A stretch of 24,000 bases of DNA. Source: Solibacillus sp. CAU 1738 (GTDB lineage Bacteria > Bacillota > Bacilli > Bacillales_A > Planococcaceae). Location: positions 578,024 to 602,023 of the forward strand of contig NZ_JBDQQN010000002.1 of the NCBI RefSeq assembly GCF_039888725.1. Reading direction: 5' to 3'. Under the pieces are notes generated by a model. The model worked only from the letters and a program-made list of their open reading frames with translations. It did not search any database and was not told the DNA's origin. Positions 14,783-23,409 of the stretch are shown here, piece by piece. Position 1 is the stretch's first letter. Every line of letters begins with the position of its first letter. A program made the position numbers and the translations under genes.

Positions 14783-15046
14783 CTAGGCTTGATACGCAAG
14801 TTTCTTCACCGCCTCTACTGAAATACCTCGATTTTTTAAATCACTGATTAACCCATAAAATTTGATTTGATCTTGCAAGTGAACTGAACGCATGTGTAAC
14901 TGGTTTGCAAGATATATAATTCGTTTACCGCATTCAGCAGCTTGTACATAATCGTTGCGCTTGTTGTGAACCGCTACTTCTGTCAATGCATCATCCAAGC
15001 GTGTTTTTAAGTTGGCTATTTCAGCTTGTAATTGTTTTACATCCAT
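14783..15046 (-). CDS. Hypothetical coiled-coil protein, 87 aa
   Basis: ORF with SD TGGAGGG. Confidence 0.55.
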   Translation of the reverse strand: MDVKQLQAEIANLKTRLDDALTEVAVHNKRNDYVQAAECGKRIIYLANQLHMRSVHLQDQIKFYGLISDLKNRGISVEAVKKLAYQA

Positions 15047-15092
15047 ATAAAGAACCCTCCATTAATGCTTGCATTCTTGACTTCCACTTTCC

Positions 15093-15383
15093 TCACATGA
15101 TGAACAACAACCGACCGACACCGATAGAAAATGCAGGCGCTAATGTTGCTAATTGTGCTGCTTGTGCGCATATCTCTGCGCCAAACATCACTAATGCTGC
15201 GTGCACTTCACAGTTCGTAATTTGTATCCATCTCGCTAATGTTTCATGGTCCAGTATTTTTCTCCCAGACTCATACTTTGACACGTGAGATTGAGTAATA
15301 TTAAGTTCTTCTGCCATATCTTCTTGGGTTAAGTTTGCTGATTTACGGAAATTCCGTAATACACTTGGGTTTAATAAATTCAT
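15093..15383 (-). CDS. XRE-family HTH protein, 96 aa
   Basis: LTQEDMAEELNITQSHVSKYESG is a classic XRE HTH. SD AAGGGGGGA. Confidence 0.7.
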   Translation of the reverse strand: MNLLNPSVLRNFRKSANLTQEDMAEELNITQSHVSKYESGRKILDHETLARWIQITNCEVHAALVMFGAEICAQAAQLATLAPAFSIGVGRLLFIM

Positions 15384-15537
15384 AGATCATTCCCCCCTTC
15401 TGAATCAGAATTAGTCGAAAATGGAATATAGTCCGATATGGATTACTCATGAGTAACAAAATTAGATATTATTAGTTCATAAGCAAGTTAACTTGCTTGT
15501 TGAGCAAATGCCCTTGCTCATTTAAAGCTGATTGCCC

Positions 15538-15894
15538 TCAGCTGCTAGTCCGCATTAAACGGAGGCTTTCCTGGTGAGTAACGTATATGCCTAGTCGTTC
15601 ATTCCAGTACATTTCGTTCTCCTCTTTCCATTGCAATACCTTATCTCTTGGATAACGAGCTGTTACTGCACGACACTTAGGAAAGCCATTCATACGAATT
15701 ATTTTTTCTACGGTAGGTAACTCAACATTAAATATTTTCGCTACATCTTCTTTTTTCAGATTGGTAGATAGAGAATTTTCAAATTTCACTAGTTCTCTAC
15801 CATCCTCTACACCTTGCTTGTAAGCTTGATTAAACATTTCTGCTAATTCTGCGTTTATCAACGCTTCACGCAGTTCGTCGATAGTTAGATTCAT
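15538..15894 (-). CDS. Putative DNA-binding protein, 118 aa (excisionase/MerR-like HTH)
   Basis: LKKEDVAKIFNVELPTVEKIIRMNGFP resembles an excisionase-type HTH. SD ACGGAGGA. The function is not established. Confidence 0.5.
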   Translation of the reverse strand: MNLTIDELREALINAELAEMFNQAYKQGVEDGRELVKFENSLSTNLKKEDVAKIFNVELPTVEKIIRMNGFPKCRAVTARYPRDKVLQWKEENEMYWNERLGIYVTHQESLRLMRTSS

Positions 15895-15934
15895 ACATTA
15901 TCCTCCGTTCTAAGGCGCATGCCCTGTGCCTTCT

Positions 15935-16693
15935 TTATATTGCTTTTTTGTGGACAAACTTGTTGATAAAATAGGCTTGTCCTTTGCCAGTTATTTTGCT
16001 TGTACGATTAATTGAAATCTCTCCACTGTTGTGATGGATAGGTGTTTCTTTTATCTCAAACAATCCAAGCTCCATACTCTTCTGCGTCGGACTGTTATAA
16101 TCACTACCTTTACGCTTTATTAAATAGCCATTTTCTCGAAGCCATTCGAATAAACGTTTCTGACCCATATCAACACTGTTTTGTTTTAGGATTTTTGCAA
16201 ACTCACCTATTAAGATTGATGTACTACTAGCTTGAATTGCTTCTGCGAATAACACTTTTGGTTTTTGTTCTTCAACCAGAGCAGTTAGCATCAACCGTTG
16301 TTTCTCTTCTTCAATCCATTTTTCTGCCCGAGCAACTGGATCTGATAATTCGTAAGAAGGTCGGCTCATATCGAGTAACTGCTGCTCCATTTGGTTAAAT
16401 GCTTGAATGTACTGCAATTTGAATTGAATTGCCTTTTTTCCTGTGAAGCCCATTGCTAATAAAGTGAAGCCGTCACGGTTCATGTAATACATGCGATACT
16501 GCTGTTTGTTTTGCGGATGTTCGTATGTGCCTTCGTGAAACATAGGACTATTTGAGTATGCGGGATTTTCCGCCACCCCTTCTATTAGTCCGTTAATGCT
16601 TTCTAATACGTCCTTGTGCTGTTTTCCAAACAATTCTGCAACTTGTAATGAAGTTGTAACTGCTTGGCGACGTTGAATAATTACTAAATTCAT
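15935..16693 (-). CDS. Phage regulatory protein Rha / KilAC-domain antirepressor
   Basis: The N-terminus (AVTTSLQVAELFGKQHKDVLESI) is typical of Rha. The C-terminus (EFAKILKQNSVDMGQKRLFEWLRENGYLI...) is typical of KilAC/ANT. Confidence 0.85.
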   Translation of the reverse strand: MNLVIIQRRQAVTTSLQVAELFGKQHKDVLESINGLIEGVAENPAYSNSPMFHEGTYEHPQNKQQYRMYYMNRDGFTLLAMGFTGKKAIQFKLQYIQAFNQMEQQLLDMSRPSYELSDPVARAEKWIEEEKQRLMLTALVEEQKPKVLFAEAIQASSTSILIGEFAKILKQNSVDMGQKRLFEWLRENGYLIKRKGSDYNSPTQKSMELGLFEIKETPIHHNSGEISINRTSKITGKGQAYFINKFVHKKAI

Positions 16694-16770
16694 GTTAAAA
16701 CCTCCTGAATTTTATTAAAGGCTTACTTCCTTTTATGTCGAACATTGACAATATAAGGAGGTGAATAAAA

Positions 16771-16986
16771 ATGACGATGGTTCCTGTAAGTTCGAGTAAT
16801 TTAGCATCAGTCGGATATGATATTAATACTCAAACGCTACGTGTAAGTTTTATTGGTGGAGGATTGTATGATTACCACCAAGTGCCAACGCATCACCATC
16901 AAGGATTAATGAGTGCAATCTCCAAGGGTGAATACTTAGATACTTACATCAAAAAAGGCGGATATCGATTCACTAAGCTTCGTTAG
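16771..16986 (+). CDS. KTSC-domain protein, 71 aa
   Basis: SSNLASVGYD...TLRVSF..GGLYDYHQVP...H.GLM.A.SKG.Y matches the KTSC pattern. Perfect SD AAGGAGGTG. It is on the opposite strand to the surrounding operon. Confidence 0.75.
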   Translation: MTMVPVSSSNLASVGYDINTQTLRVSFIGGGLYDYHQVPTHHHQGLMSAISKGEYLDTYIKKGGYRFTKLR

Positions 16987-17141
16987 TCTATATTGATCAA
17001 AACACGTGCGGGACCAGTAAACTCATAAATGCGCTGGTCTTGCACAATCTGAAATGTTTCATAAGGATCAATTACTATTTCTGTCACTCCCTCACGTGCA
17101 GCTAATGCTTCGTGAAGTTTTACTGTTGTTTTGTTTTCCAT
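16983..17141 (-). CDS. Hypothetical small protein, 52 aa (not in the ORF track)
   Basis: The ATG at 17141 follows GGAGGA. Sequence MENKTTVKLHEALAAREGVTEIVIDPYETFQIVQDQRIYEFTGPARVLINID. Its 3' end overlaps the KTSC gene end by 4 nt, convergently. Confidence 0.5.
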   Translation of the reverse strand: MENKTTVKLHEALAAREGVTEIVIDPYETFQIVQDQRIYEFTGPARVLINID

Positions 17142-17199
17142 GTTTATTCCTCCGCGTTAATATAAAATCGATTGAATTGTTGTAAACGGAACAACAAAT

Positions 17200-17424
17200 T
17201 CAAAGACACATTTTGTGTCCTAAATGGCCAAAAAAAACTACATCTACTGTCGTATCATAATAATCAGCTATTTTTTTTGCTAATTGTAAAGATGGGGTTC
17301 TATCTCCTCTTTCTATAGCCCCAAGCATTTGTGGTGTGATTTTTAAATCAAAAGCTACCTCTGATCTAGATTTATCACCACGAAGATTAATCAACATGTT
17401 CCTCTCTTTAATCGTGGTTTTCAT
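17200..17424 (-). CDS. Cro-like XRE-family HTH regulator
   Basis: 74 aa with SRSEVAFDLKITPQMLGAIERG. It diverges from the cI-like gene across the operator region. Confidence 0.8.
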   Translation of the reverse strand: MKTTIKERNMLINLRGDKSRSEVAFDLKITPQMLGAIERGDRTPSLQLAKKIADYYDTTVDVVFFGHLGHKMCL

Positions 17425-17446
17425 AGTATCGCTCCTTCCTTTTAAA

Positions 17447-17557
17447 GAAACACTTCGTTTCCTTAATTACATAATAATAGAAACACTTCGTTTCTGTCAA
17501 CCGTTTCTAGAAACTTTTTGTTTCTCTTTTAAACCATCAATAGAAACAAATAGTTTC
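17447..17557. promoter_or_regulatory. Immunity switch region with four GAAAC-N5-GTTTC operators and divergent promoters
   Basis: Operators at 17447-17461 and 17480-17494 (both GAAACACTTCGTTTC), 17510-17524 (GAAACTTTTTGTTTC) and 17543-17557 (GAAACAAATAGTTTC). The minus-strand TTGACA (17500-17495) - 18 nt - TATTAT promoter has the second operator in its spacer. A plus-strand TATAAT lies at 17564-17569. Confidence 0.7.
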
Positions 17558-17590
17558 TACCTATATAATTGGATACAAGAGGTGAAAACA

Positions 17591-18013
17591 ATGTTTGGGA
17601 AAATTTTAGCTAAATTACGTAAAGAAAGAAAAATGAGTCAATATGATTTAGCGGAAAAAATGGGTTTCTCGAGAGGTCAGCTAGCTAACTACGAACAAGG
17701 CACACGACAACCAGACTTTGACACACTGCAAAAGTTAGCTGATTATTTCGATGTATCCGTTGATTATTTGTTAGGAAGAGAGATAATAAATACCGCCAAA
17801 AATAATGAAATTTCTAAGGAAGAACGAGACATTGCAAAACGTTTAAAACAATTTGAAGAAGAAATTGAAAATAGTGGAGACTTAGCTTTTAACGGTGAAC
17901 CAATGTCACAAGAAGCTAAAGAATCTCTTTTAGAATCAATGGCATTATTATTTAGACAAACTCAACGTATCAATAGGAAATATACACCTAAGAAGTATCG
18001 AGAGGATGAATAA
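17591..18013 (+). CDS. cI-like / ImmR-like XRE-family repressor, 140 aa
   Basis: The ATG at 17591 follows AGAGGTG. HTH is MSQYDLAEKMGFSRGQLANYEQG. The ORF-track start at 17336 reads through the operator region and is rejected. Confidence 0.85.
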   Translation: MFGKILAKLRKERKMSQYDLAEKMGFSRGQLANYEQGTRQPDFDTLQKLADYFDVSVDYLLGREIINTAKNNEISKEERDIAKRLKQFEEEIENSGDLAFNGEPMSQEAKESLLESMALLFRQTQRINRKYTPKKYREDE

Positions 18014-18031
18014 TCTTTAGGGGGATATAAA

Positions 18032-18913
18032 GTGAAAGGTAGTAGAAACGAGGGCCTGAAAAATGGTTTTAATATGTTCTTTTCTCCATATTTAGAAGGT
18101 TACAGAAACCGTGTGAATGAATTATATGCAGATGAGTATAGAGAAAATAGAGAGTCGTTCTTTTTTATGAACCCTGTAAAATTACATGTACTACTAAATG
18201 ATATGAATACTCATTTGGTATTATCAGAAAATGACGTGGATCAAATAGGTTTTATCGATTGTAAAGATATGCAGCATGAAGAATTTTCTGTATTACGTAA
18301 AGGTCCAGAAAAATTAAAGATTGAGTTTATTAAGTCTGAATTTAGTATTACAGAATATATAACAGACTTTCATTATTATGATTTAGGTGAATATGCAGGT
18401 CTAATGTTTAATGAAGTGAATCACGGTGGGTTAATTGAACGGAGCAAAGTATGGGGAATTGAAAATGCTGATTCACACGAGATGAACTATCGTTTTAATA
18501 AAGCTTTACAATCAGCTTTTGAACCTTCGACATTATTATCAGATCTTAATACTGATTTAATCATTGAGAAAGTTAACACCCCCTCATTCGCATATGAATT
18601 CGGGGAATCCGTTAAGGCTTATAATGCAGGTATTTATTTAGCTGCTTCTACTACTGGTGGGATTGCATTAGAAAATATTTTACGTATTTTAATTAAAAAC
18701 AAAACCAGTGAACATCTACCGAAAGACACATATATTAAAGATTCATTAGCTGTTTTAAAACGAAATCATGTACTATCAAATCGACTAGCTGCGTCAGTAA
18801 GTAATTTAAGAGACATTAGGAATAGTAATTCGCATACTAATGAAGATCCAGTTCGTAAAACTACTGTAGATCATCTATATGCAACAATTGAAGATTTAGC
18901 GATGCTCCTGTAA
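18032..18913 (+). CDS. Hypothetical protein, 293 aa, with a C-terminal HEPN/DUF4145-like domain
   Basis: GTG start 6 nt after TAGGGGGA. The last roughly 100 aa follow the DUF4145/HEPN template (AYNAGIYLAASTTGGIALENILR...LSNRLAASVSNLRDIRNSNSHTNE...VDHLYATIEDL) and include an Rx4H motif (RNSNSH). I do not recognise the N-terminal 190 aa. Confidence 0.6.
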   Translation: MKGSRNEGLKNGFNMFFSPYLEGYRNRVNELYADEYRENRESFFFMNPVKLHVLLNDMNTHLVLSENDVDQIGFIDCKDMQHEEFSVLRKGPEKLKIEFIKSEFSITEYITDFHYYDLGEYAGLMFNEVNHGGLIERSKVWGIENADSHEMNYRFNKALQSAFEPSTLLSDLNTDLIIEKVNTPSFAYEFGESVKAYNAGIYLAASTTGGIALENILRILIKNKTSEHLPKDTYIKDSLAVLKRNHVLSNRLAASVSNLRDIRNSNSHTNEDPVRKTTVDHLYATIEDLAMLL

Positions 18914-19072
18914 CAATTCAAATTGAGCGTGTAATTTACGTGTAATAGCTTCGGCTTCATTACCGCAATCTTCGCTACACCAAATAGCACGTTGTAAATC
19001 TTCAATGATTGCAAATATCTCTTCTTTACTTAATGTAATGTTAATAAAATCTGTACCATTTACAATTATCAC
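18896..19072 (-). CDS. Hypothetical small acidic protein, about 58 aa
   Basis: Convergent with the 293-aa gene and overlapping its 3' end by 18 nt. The GTG at 19072 lies 5 nt after AAGGAG. The GTG at 19078 abuts the SD. Confidence 0.4.
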   Translation of the reverse strand: MIIVNGTDFINITLSKEEIFAIIEDLQRAIWCSEDCGNEAEAITRKLHAQFELLQEHR

Positions 19073-19153
19073 ATTCACTCCTTAAATTGTTTATATATTT
19101 ATTTTAATAGAATGTTTGTGATAAAGCACCCAAAACAGAAACGAAGTGATTGC

Positions 19154-19594
19154 ATGTGGATTAGAGAGAGAGTAAAGCAACTTACATCTAAATACAATAC
19201 GAGTTGTCCATATCAATTAGCTAAAAGTTTAAAAATACACGTTTTACAACATGATTTACATCCAGAGATTCGAGGTTACTACAAATATGAACGCCGAAAT
19301 AGGTTTATCGTAATAAATAGTAATCTTGATGAAAATTATCAGCGATTTGTTTGCGCACACGAACTCGGACATGCTGTGATGCATAAAAAAGTGAATACAC
19401 CGTTTATGCGCCAAAATACATTTTTATCTGTTGATCGAATTGAACGAGAAGCAAACAAATTCGCTGCTGAACTATTAATCTCCGACGCATGTTTAAAAGA
19501 TTGTATTTTCGAACAAATGACAACCTATGACATAGCTTCATTACATAATGTACCACTAGAGCTGGTAGAACTGAAATGTAAGGGGCTATTTTAA
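19154..19594 (+). CDS. immA: ImmA/IrrE-family zinc metalloprotease (anti-repressor protease)
   Basis: HELGHAVMH (HExxH), about 146-160 aa, directly upstream of the integrase as in ImmR-ImmA-Int modules. Start is the ATG at 19154 or 19112; neither has a strong SD. Confidence 0.85.
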   Translation: MWIRERVKQLTSKYNTSCPYQLAKSLKIHVLQHDLHPEIRGYYKYERRNRFIVINSNLDENYQRFVCAHELGHAVMHKKVNTPFMRQNTFLSVDRIEREANKFAAELLISDACLKDCIFEQMTTYDIASLHNVPLELVELKCKGLF

Positions 19595-19640
19595 TACATA
19601 AAAAAGAACATATATTCTTATTTATTGAAAGGAGACTTTA

Positions 19641-20849
19641 TTGATTATGGGATATTTCGTTAAATTAGAAAAAAATAAATACAAACTTATTGCTGATTTA
19701 GGGTACAGAGGAAATAAGCGTATTCGCAAAACACGTAGGGTTGAAGCTAAAAATGATCGTGAAGCCCAGCGACTTCTAGTATTATTTGAAGAAGAAGTTT
19801 TACAGGATAAAGATGTTCATTTTACAAACATAGATAACACTACGTTAGCTAATTTTTATCCAAAGTGGCGCGATAATCATGCTAAACAGTTTTACTCACC
19901 AAAAACATTTCAAAATTACTGTTCGTATATTGAAAATCGAATTTTACCTATGTTTGGCGAATTTAAAATTAAAGATATTAAAAAGGTTGATGTTGTATTT
20001 TTTGTTGCGGATCTGTCGAAAAACGGTAGACGTACAGATAACAAACGTTCTGATGGTCCAGATGGTAAACTAAGTGCTTCATCCATCAGGAATATTCATA
20101 AAGCCTTCTCAAACATGATGAATACCGCTTTTGAATGGAATATGATTACTGAAAATCCTTGTATTGGTGTTAGGTTACCAAAAGTTATTACTCCGGAAGG
20201 ACAAGCTTATTCTGAGTCAGAGGTTACTCAGTTGCTCGAAAGGTTGCAGCAAAGAGCAAAACCAATAAAAAGACTAATTGTTCAATTCGCTATTGTTAGT
20301 GGTGCACGTTTAGGTGAAATAGCAGCTCTAGAGTTAAAACATTTGGATGCAGAAAATAATTCTGTGCTTATTGAACAAACGATATCGACCATAGTTAGTG
20401 ATAACAAAGAAGAACGGCAATTTTTAAAAGAAACCAAAGGTAAAAAGAAACGTAGAGTTACTATTCCTCATTATGTTATGGAAGATTTATTATTACTAGC
20501 TAAAGTAAAAAAGTCTCAACTTGATGAAATTGGGGATGAACGAGAATGGAAAGGACATGTATTTTTATTCTCTAGTGATTTAGGTAAGCCTTATAACGTT
20601 TCCTCTCTTAGTGCATGGTGGCGAAAATTCATAAGAAAAAACCCTGATTTATCACAGATACGATTCCATGAATTACGTCACACATCAGCATCACTTTTAA
20701 TACATGCTGGCGAGCACCCGAGAGTTATTCAAGGACGACTTGGCCACGCAGATATAAAAATGACAATGAACACATACGGTCATTTATTACCTGAATCAGA
20801 TCAACGCGCTAGTTCGTATTTCGATAAATTTTTTGAAAAAGAAGAGTGA
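19641..20849 (+). CDS. int: Tyrosine recombinase / phage integrase
   Basis: 402 aa. The C-terminal catalytic pattern is ARLGEI...HELRHTSASLL...LGHADIKMTMNTYGHL. SD AGGAGA. Start is TTG 19641 or ATG 19647. Confidence 0.9.
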   Translation: MIMGYFVKLEKNKYKLIADLGYRGNKRIRKTRRVEAKNDREAQRLLVLFEEEVLQDKDVHFTNIDNTTLANFYPKWRDNHAKQFYSPKTFQNYCSYIENRILPMFGEFKIKDIKKVDVVFFVADLSKNGRRTDNKRSDGPDGKLSASSIRNIHKAFSNMMNTAFEWNMITENPCIGVRLPKVITPEGQAYSESEVTQLLERLQQRAKPIKRLIVQFAIVSGARLGEIAALELKHLDAENNSVLIEQTISTIVSDNKEERQFLKETKGKKKRRVTIPHYVMEDLLLLAKVKKSQLDEIGDEREWKGHVFLFSSDLGKPYNVSSLSAWWRKFIRKNPDLSQIRFHELRHTSASLLIHAGEHPRVIQGRLGHADIKMTMNTYGHLLPESDQRASSYFDKFFEKEE

Positions 20850-20895
20850 CTTGGGCACCTTTTGGGCACCTTATTCAAATAATCATGTAGGCGTA

Positions 20896-20934
20896 TAAAT
20901 ATAAAACCCCTACAAACCTAAGTGGCTGTAGGGG
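20896..20934 (-). terminator. Intrinsic terminator of ricA/ymcA
   Basis: Minus strand reads CCCCTACA-N12-TGTAGGGG followed by TTTTATATTTAT. Confidence 0.6.
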
Positions 20935-20964
20935 TTAAGGGATAGCTATTTCGTCATAAGTATA

Positions 20965-21399
20965 CTAAGAACAACTTCCTGGGACACTATTTCTAATTTT
21001 CGAGCCTGTTTCACCCATCAACACATCTCCGCCAGTGGATTCAATAATTTCGCTCGTTACTGAATTCGCAATCGCATTTGATACAAGCTGCAGCAAATCA
21101 TTTACATCCATTTGTGATTGTTTGAATTGTTGAACAACTGGTACTGCATCGATTTCATCTTCAATATTGGCAATTTTACCTTCGATCATTTTAAGCGCTT
21201 TTTCTTTACCTAAATGTTGGAAGTTAACTGCTTGCTTTTGTAAAGTTTTTAATGAAGCAATTTTTTCACGTATATTTTGGTTATCATTAATTTGCTCTTC
21301 AGCCTTTTTGAAAAACTCAACTTCTTCTGTATTTGCAATCATATGCGCGATCTCTTTTGCTTTTTCAATAATTTCGTCTTTAGTATATAATTTCGTCAT
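20965..21399 (-). CDS. ricA: YmcA/RicA (YlbF/YmcA-family regulatory protein)
   Basis: 144 aa immediately downstream of miaB, as in B. subtilis ymcB-ymcA. The sequence closely resembles my recollection of YmcA (…FFKKAEEQIN…LQKQAVN…GETGSK…SCS). Confidence 0.8.
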   Translation of the reverse strand: MTKLYTKDEIIEKAKEIAHMIANTEEVEFFKKAEEQINDNQNIREKIASLKTLQKQAVNFQHLGKEKALKMIEGKIANIEDEIDAVPVVQQFKQSQMDVNDLLQLVSNAIANSVTSEIIESTGGDVLMGETGSKIRNSVPGSCS

Positions 21400-21413
21400 T
21401 AAACTTGCACCCC

Positions 21414-22946
21414 TTATCGTTTTACTATTTCTAAAAACTCTCCTCTTAATGAGTAGCTTTTCGCTTCTAATACTTTCACTTTCACTATTTCCCCTACTAA
21501 TTCAACGGGACCTTCAAAGTTTACTAATTTATTTTTACGAGTATAGCCAGCTAGCACATCATCACGTTTTTTACTGCTACCTTCTACAAGAACTTCCACT
21601 ACTTCACCTTCGAGCTTTTTCAACGCAGCCTTTGAATACTCTCCTACAACTGCATTTAATCGGTGTAAACGTTCTTTTTTTACATCTTCCGGTACATTAT
21701 CAACCATTTTTGCAGCTGGTGTTCCTTCGCGCGGTGAGTAAATATATGTGAATGCCATTTCAAAGCCTACTTTACGATATAAATCAAGCGTTTCCTGGAA
21801 CTGCTCTTCTGTTTCGTTCGGATAACCAACGATAATATCTGTCGTTAAAGCTACATCTGGTATAGCAGCTTTAATTCGCGCCACTAAATCAAGGAAATGC
21901 TCGCGTGTATATTTTCGTGCCATAATTTTTAGAACTTCATTTGAACCTGATTGTACAGGTAAGTGTATATGTTCTAATAAGTTACCGCCTTTTGCGAGTA
22001 CTTTGATTAAATGATCATCAAAATCGCGAGGGTGGCTCGTTGTGAAACGTATGCGTGGAATATCGATTTTACTCAACTCGTCCATTAAATCACCAAGGCG
22101 ATATTCTATATCAGTGAAATCTTTTCCGTATGCGTTTACATTTTGACCTAACAGCATAATTTCTTGATAACCTTGAGCTGCTAATTCACGTACCTCTGCG
22201 ATAATTTCTTCTGGGCGACGAGAGCGCTCCTTACCACGTGTATATGGTACGATACAGTACGTGCAAAACTTGTCACAGCCATACATAATATTAACCCAAG
22301 CTTTAATGGAACCAAGTCGCTGCTTCGGAAGGTTTTCAATTACATCCCCTTCTTTTGACCATACTTCGATTACCATTTCTTTTGACATATATGCTTCTTT
22401 TAAAATATTTGGTAGACGGTGAATATTATGAGTACCAAAAATCATATCTACATGTGGATATTTTTTCAAAATCTTATTAACTACCGACTCTTCTTGGGAC
22501 ATGCAGCCACAAACGCCAATTATCATTTCAGGATTTTTTCGTTTATATTTCACGAGGAAGCCTAGTTCACCAAATACTTTGTTTTCCGCATTTTCACGAA
22601 TGGCACATGTATTTAGGAGCACAACATCAGCTTTTTCAATTTCTTCAGTCGGTTCATAGCCAAGCTGCATGAAAATTCCAGCCATTACTTCCGTATCGTG
22701 CTCATTCATTTGACAACCATACGTTCGAATATAAAACTTGCGACCTTCACCCATTTTTAAAAACTGTTCATCAACTGCGAAATCTTTATGGTACTTCACT
22801 TCTTCTTTCCCACGTTTTTTCGCATCTTTTAATGAAGGAGCAGTAAATACTTTTTCGAAATATTTACTGTAATCTTTTTCAGTTTTATTATTAGAAGGTT
22901 TTGGTTGATTAACTTGCGCGCTCGCCAGTCGTTGTTCCTCATTCAT
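21414..22946 (-). CDS. miaB: tRNA-i6A37 methylthiotransferase MiaB
   Basis: 510 aa. N-terminal [13 protein letters not shown], radical-SAM CDKFCTYC and a C-terminal TRAM-like end. Conserved synteny with ymcA. Confidence 0.95.
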   Translation of the reverse strand: MNEEQRLASAQVNQPKPSNNKTEKDYSKYFEKVFTAPSLKDAKKRGKEEVKYHKDFAVDEQFLKMGEGRKFYIRTYGCQMNEHDTEVMAGIFMQLGYEPTEEIEKADVVLLNTCAIRENAENKVFGELGFLVKYKRKNPEMIIGVCGCMSQEESVVNKILKKYPHVDMIFGTHNIHRLPNILKEAYMSKEMVIEVWSKEGDVIENLPKQRLGSIKAWVNIMYGCDKFCTYCIVPYTRGKERSRRPEEIIAEVRELAAQGYQEIMLLGQNVNAYGKDFTDIEYRLGDLMDELSKIDIPRIRFTTSHPRDFDDHLIKVLAKGGNLLEHIHLPVQSGSNEVLKIMARKYTREHFLDLVARIKAAIPDVALTTDIIVGYPNETEEQFQETLDLYRKVGFEMAFTYIYSPREGTPAAKMVDNVPEDVKKERLHRLNAVVGEYSKAALKKLEGEVVEVLVEGSSKKRDDVLAGYTRKNKLVNFEGPVELVGEIVKVKVLEAKSYSLRGEFLEIVKR

Positions 22947-23032
22947 TAAATCTATGAACTCCTTTCAAATGGTTTCGTACATTCGAATACCCATTTTACT
23001 ATTATAGCTAATGCACGTATGGTAGGACAAGT

Positions 23033-23377
23033 TCAGCCTATGAAATGTTCATAGCTTTCGGGGTCATTGTGCTTCAAAATTGTAAGAAATGTGACACTTA
23101 ATTTGACTACCTGAGTCCAGTTCATGCAATATTGTGCTTCAAATTGAAATTTAGGCAAGTTGATTACGTCTTTAAATAGTTGCTGTGCATTGATTTGTTG
23201 CTGTTCTAAGTAAGTGAGAAATGCGAGGAAAAGTTGATGATCATGGACAGCTAATTCTTTTTGCTGAATCAACAGATCTAACTTTTCACTATGCGAATTC
23301 GCCTTTTGAAATAATTTTTCGATTCGTTGCTCATCGTGTTCATGCTTTTTCTGAAGAAAATTAATAATATTCGTCAT
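23033..23377 (-). CDS. Hypothetical protein, 114 aa
   Basis: ORF only. I recognise no family. Confidence 0.5.
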   Translation of the reverse strand: MTNIINFLQKKHEHDEQRIEKLFQKANSHSEKLDLLIQQKELAVHDHQLFLAFLTYLEQQQINAQQLFKDVINLPKFQFEAQYCMNWTQVVKLSVTFLTILKHNDPESYEHFIG

Positions 23378-23409
23378 TTACAATCCCTCAATTTTTCGGT
23401 TAATAGGAT

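Larger units (their letters stand above)
1..20895. mobile_element. Integrated temperate phage. Right end is next to the integrase; it extends beyond the left window edge.
   Basis: Contiguous modules for integrase, ImmA, cI/Cro, antirepressor, RecT/YqaJ, DnaD/DnaC, late activator, HNH, terS, terL and portal. Host genes (ricA, miaB) start right after the integrase. The right boundary is only approximate, somewhere between the integrase stop (20849) and the ricA terminator (about 20896-20934). Confidence 0.85.

Noticed and set aside
14096-16230. Plus-strand ORFs 14096-14293, 14434-14655, 14986-15288 and 16042-16230
   Set aside because: They are antisense to supported genes or span intergenic hairpins. 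None has an SD.
17336-17590. 5' extension of the repressor ORF to 17336
   Set aside because: It would read through the cro start and all four operators. The ATG at 17591 has the SD AGAGGTG and gives a standard HTH N-terminus.
20850-20964. tRNA or tmRNA gene as the integration target
   Set aside because: No cloverleaf-compatible sequence or T-arm GTTCGAATC-like motif is present. The only strong structure is the ricA terminator hairpin.
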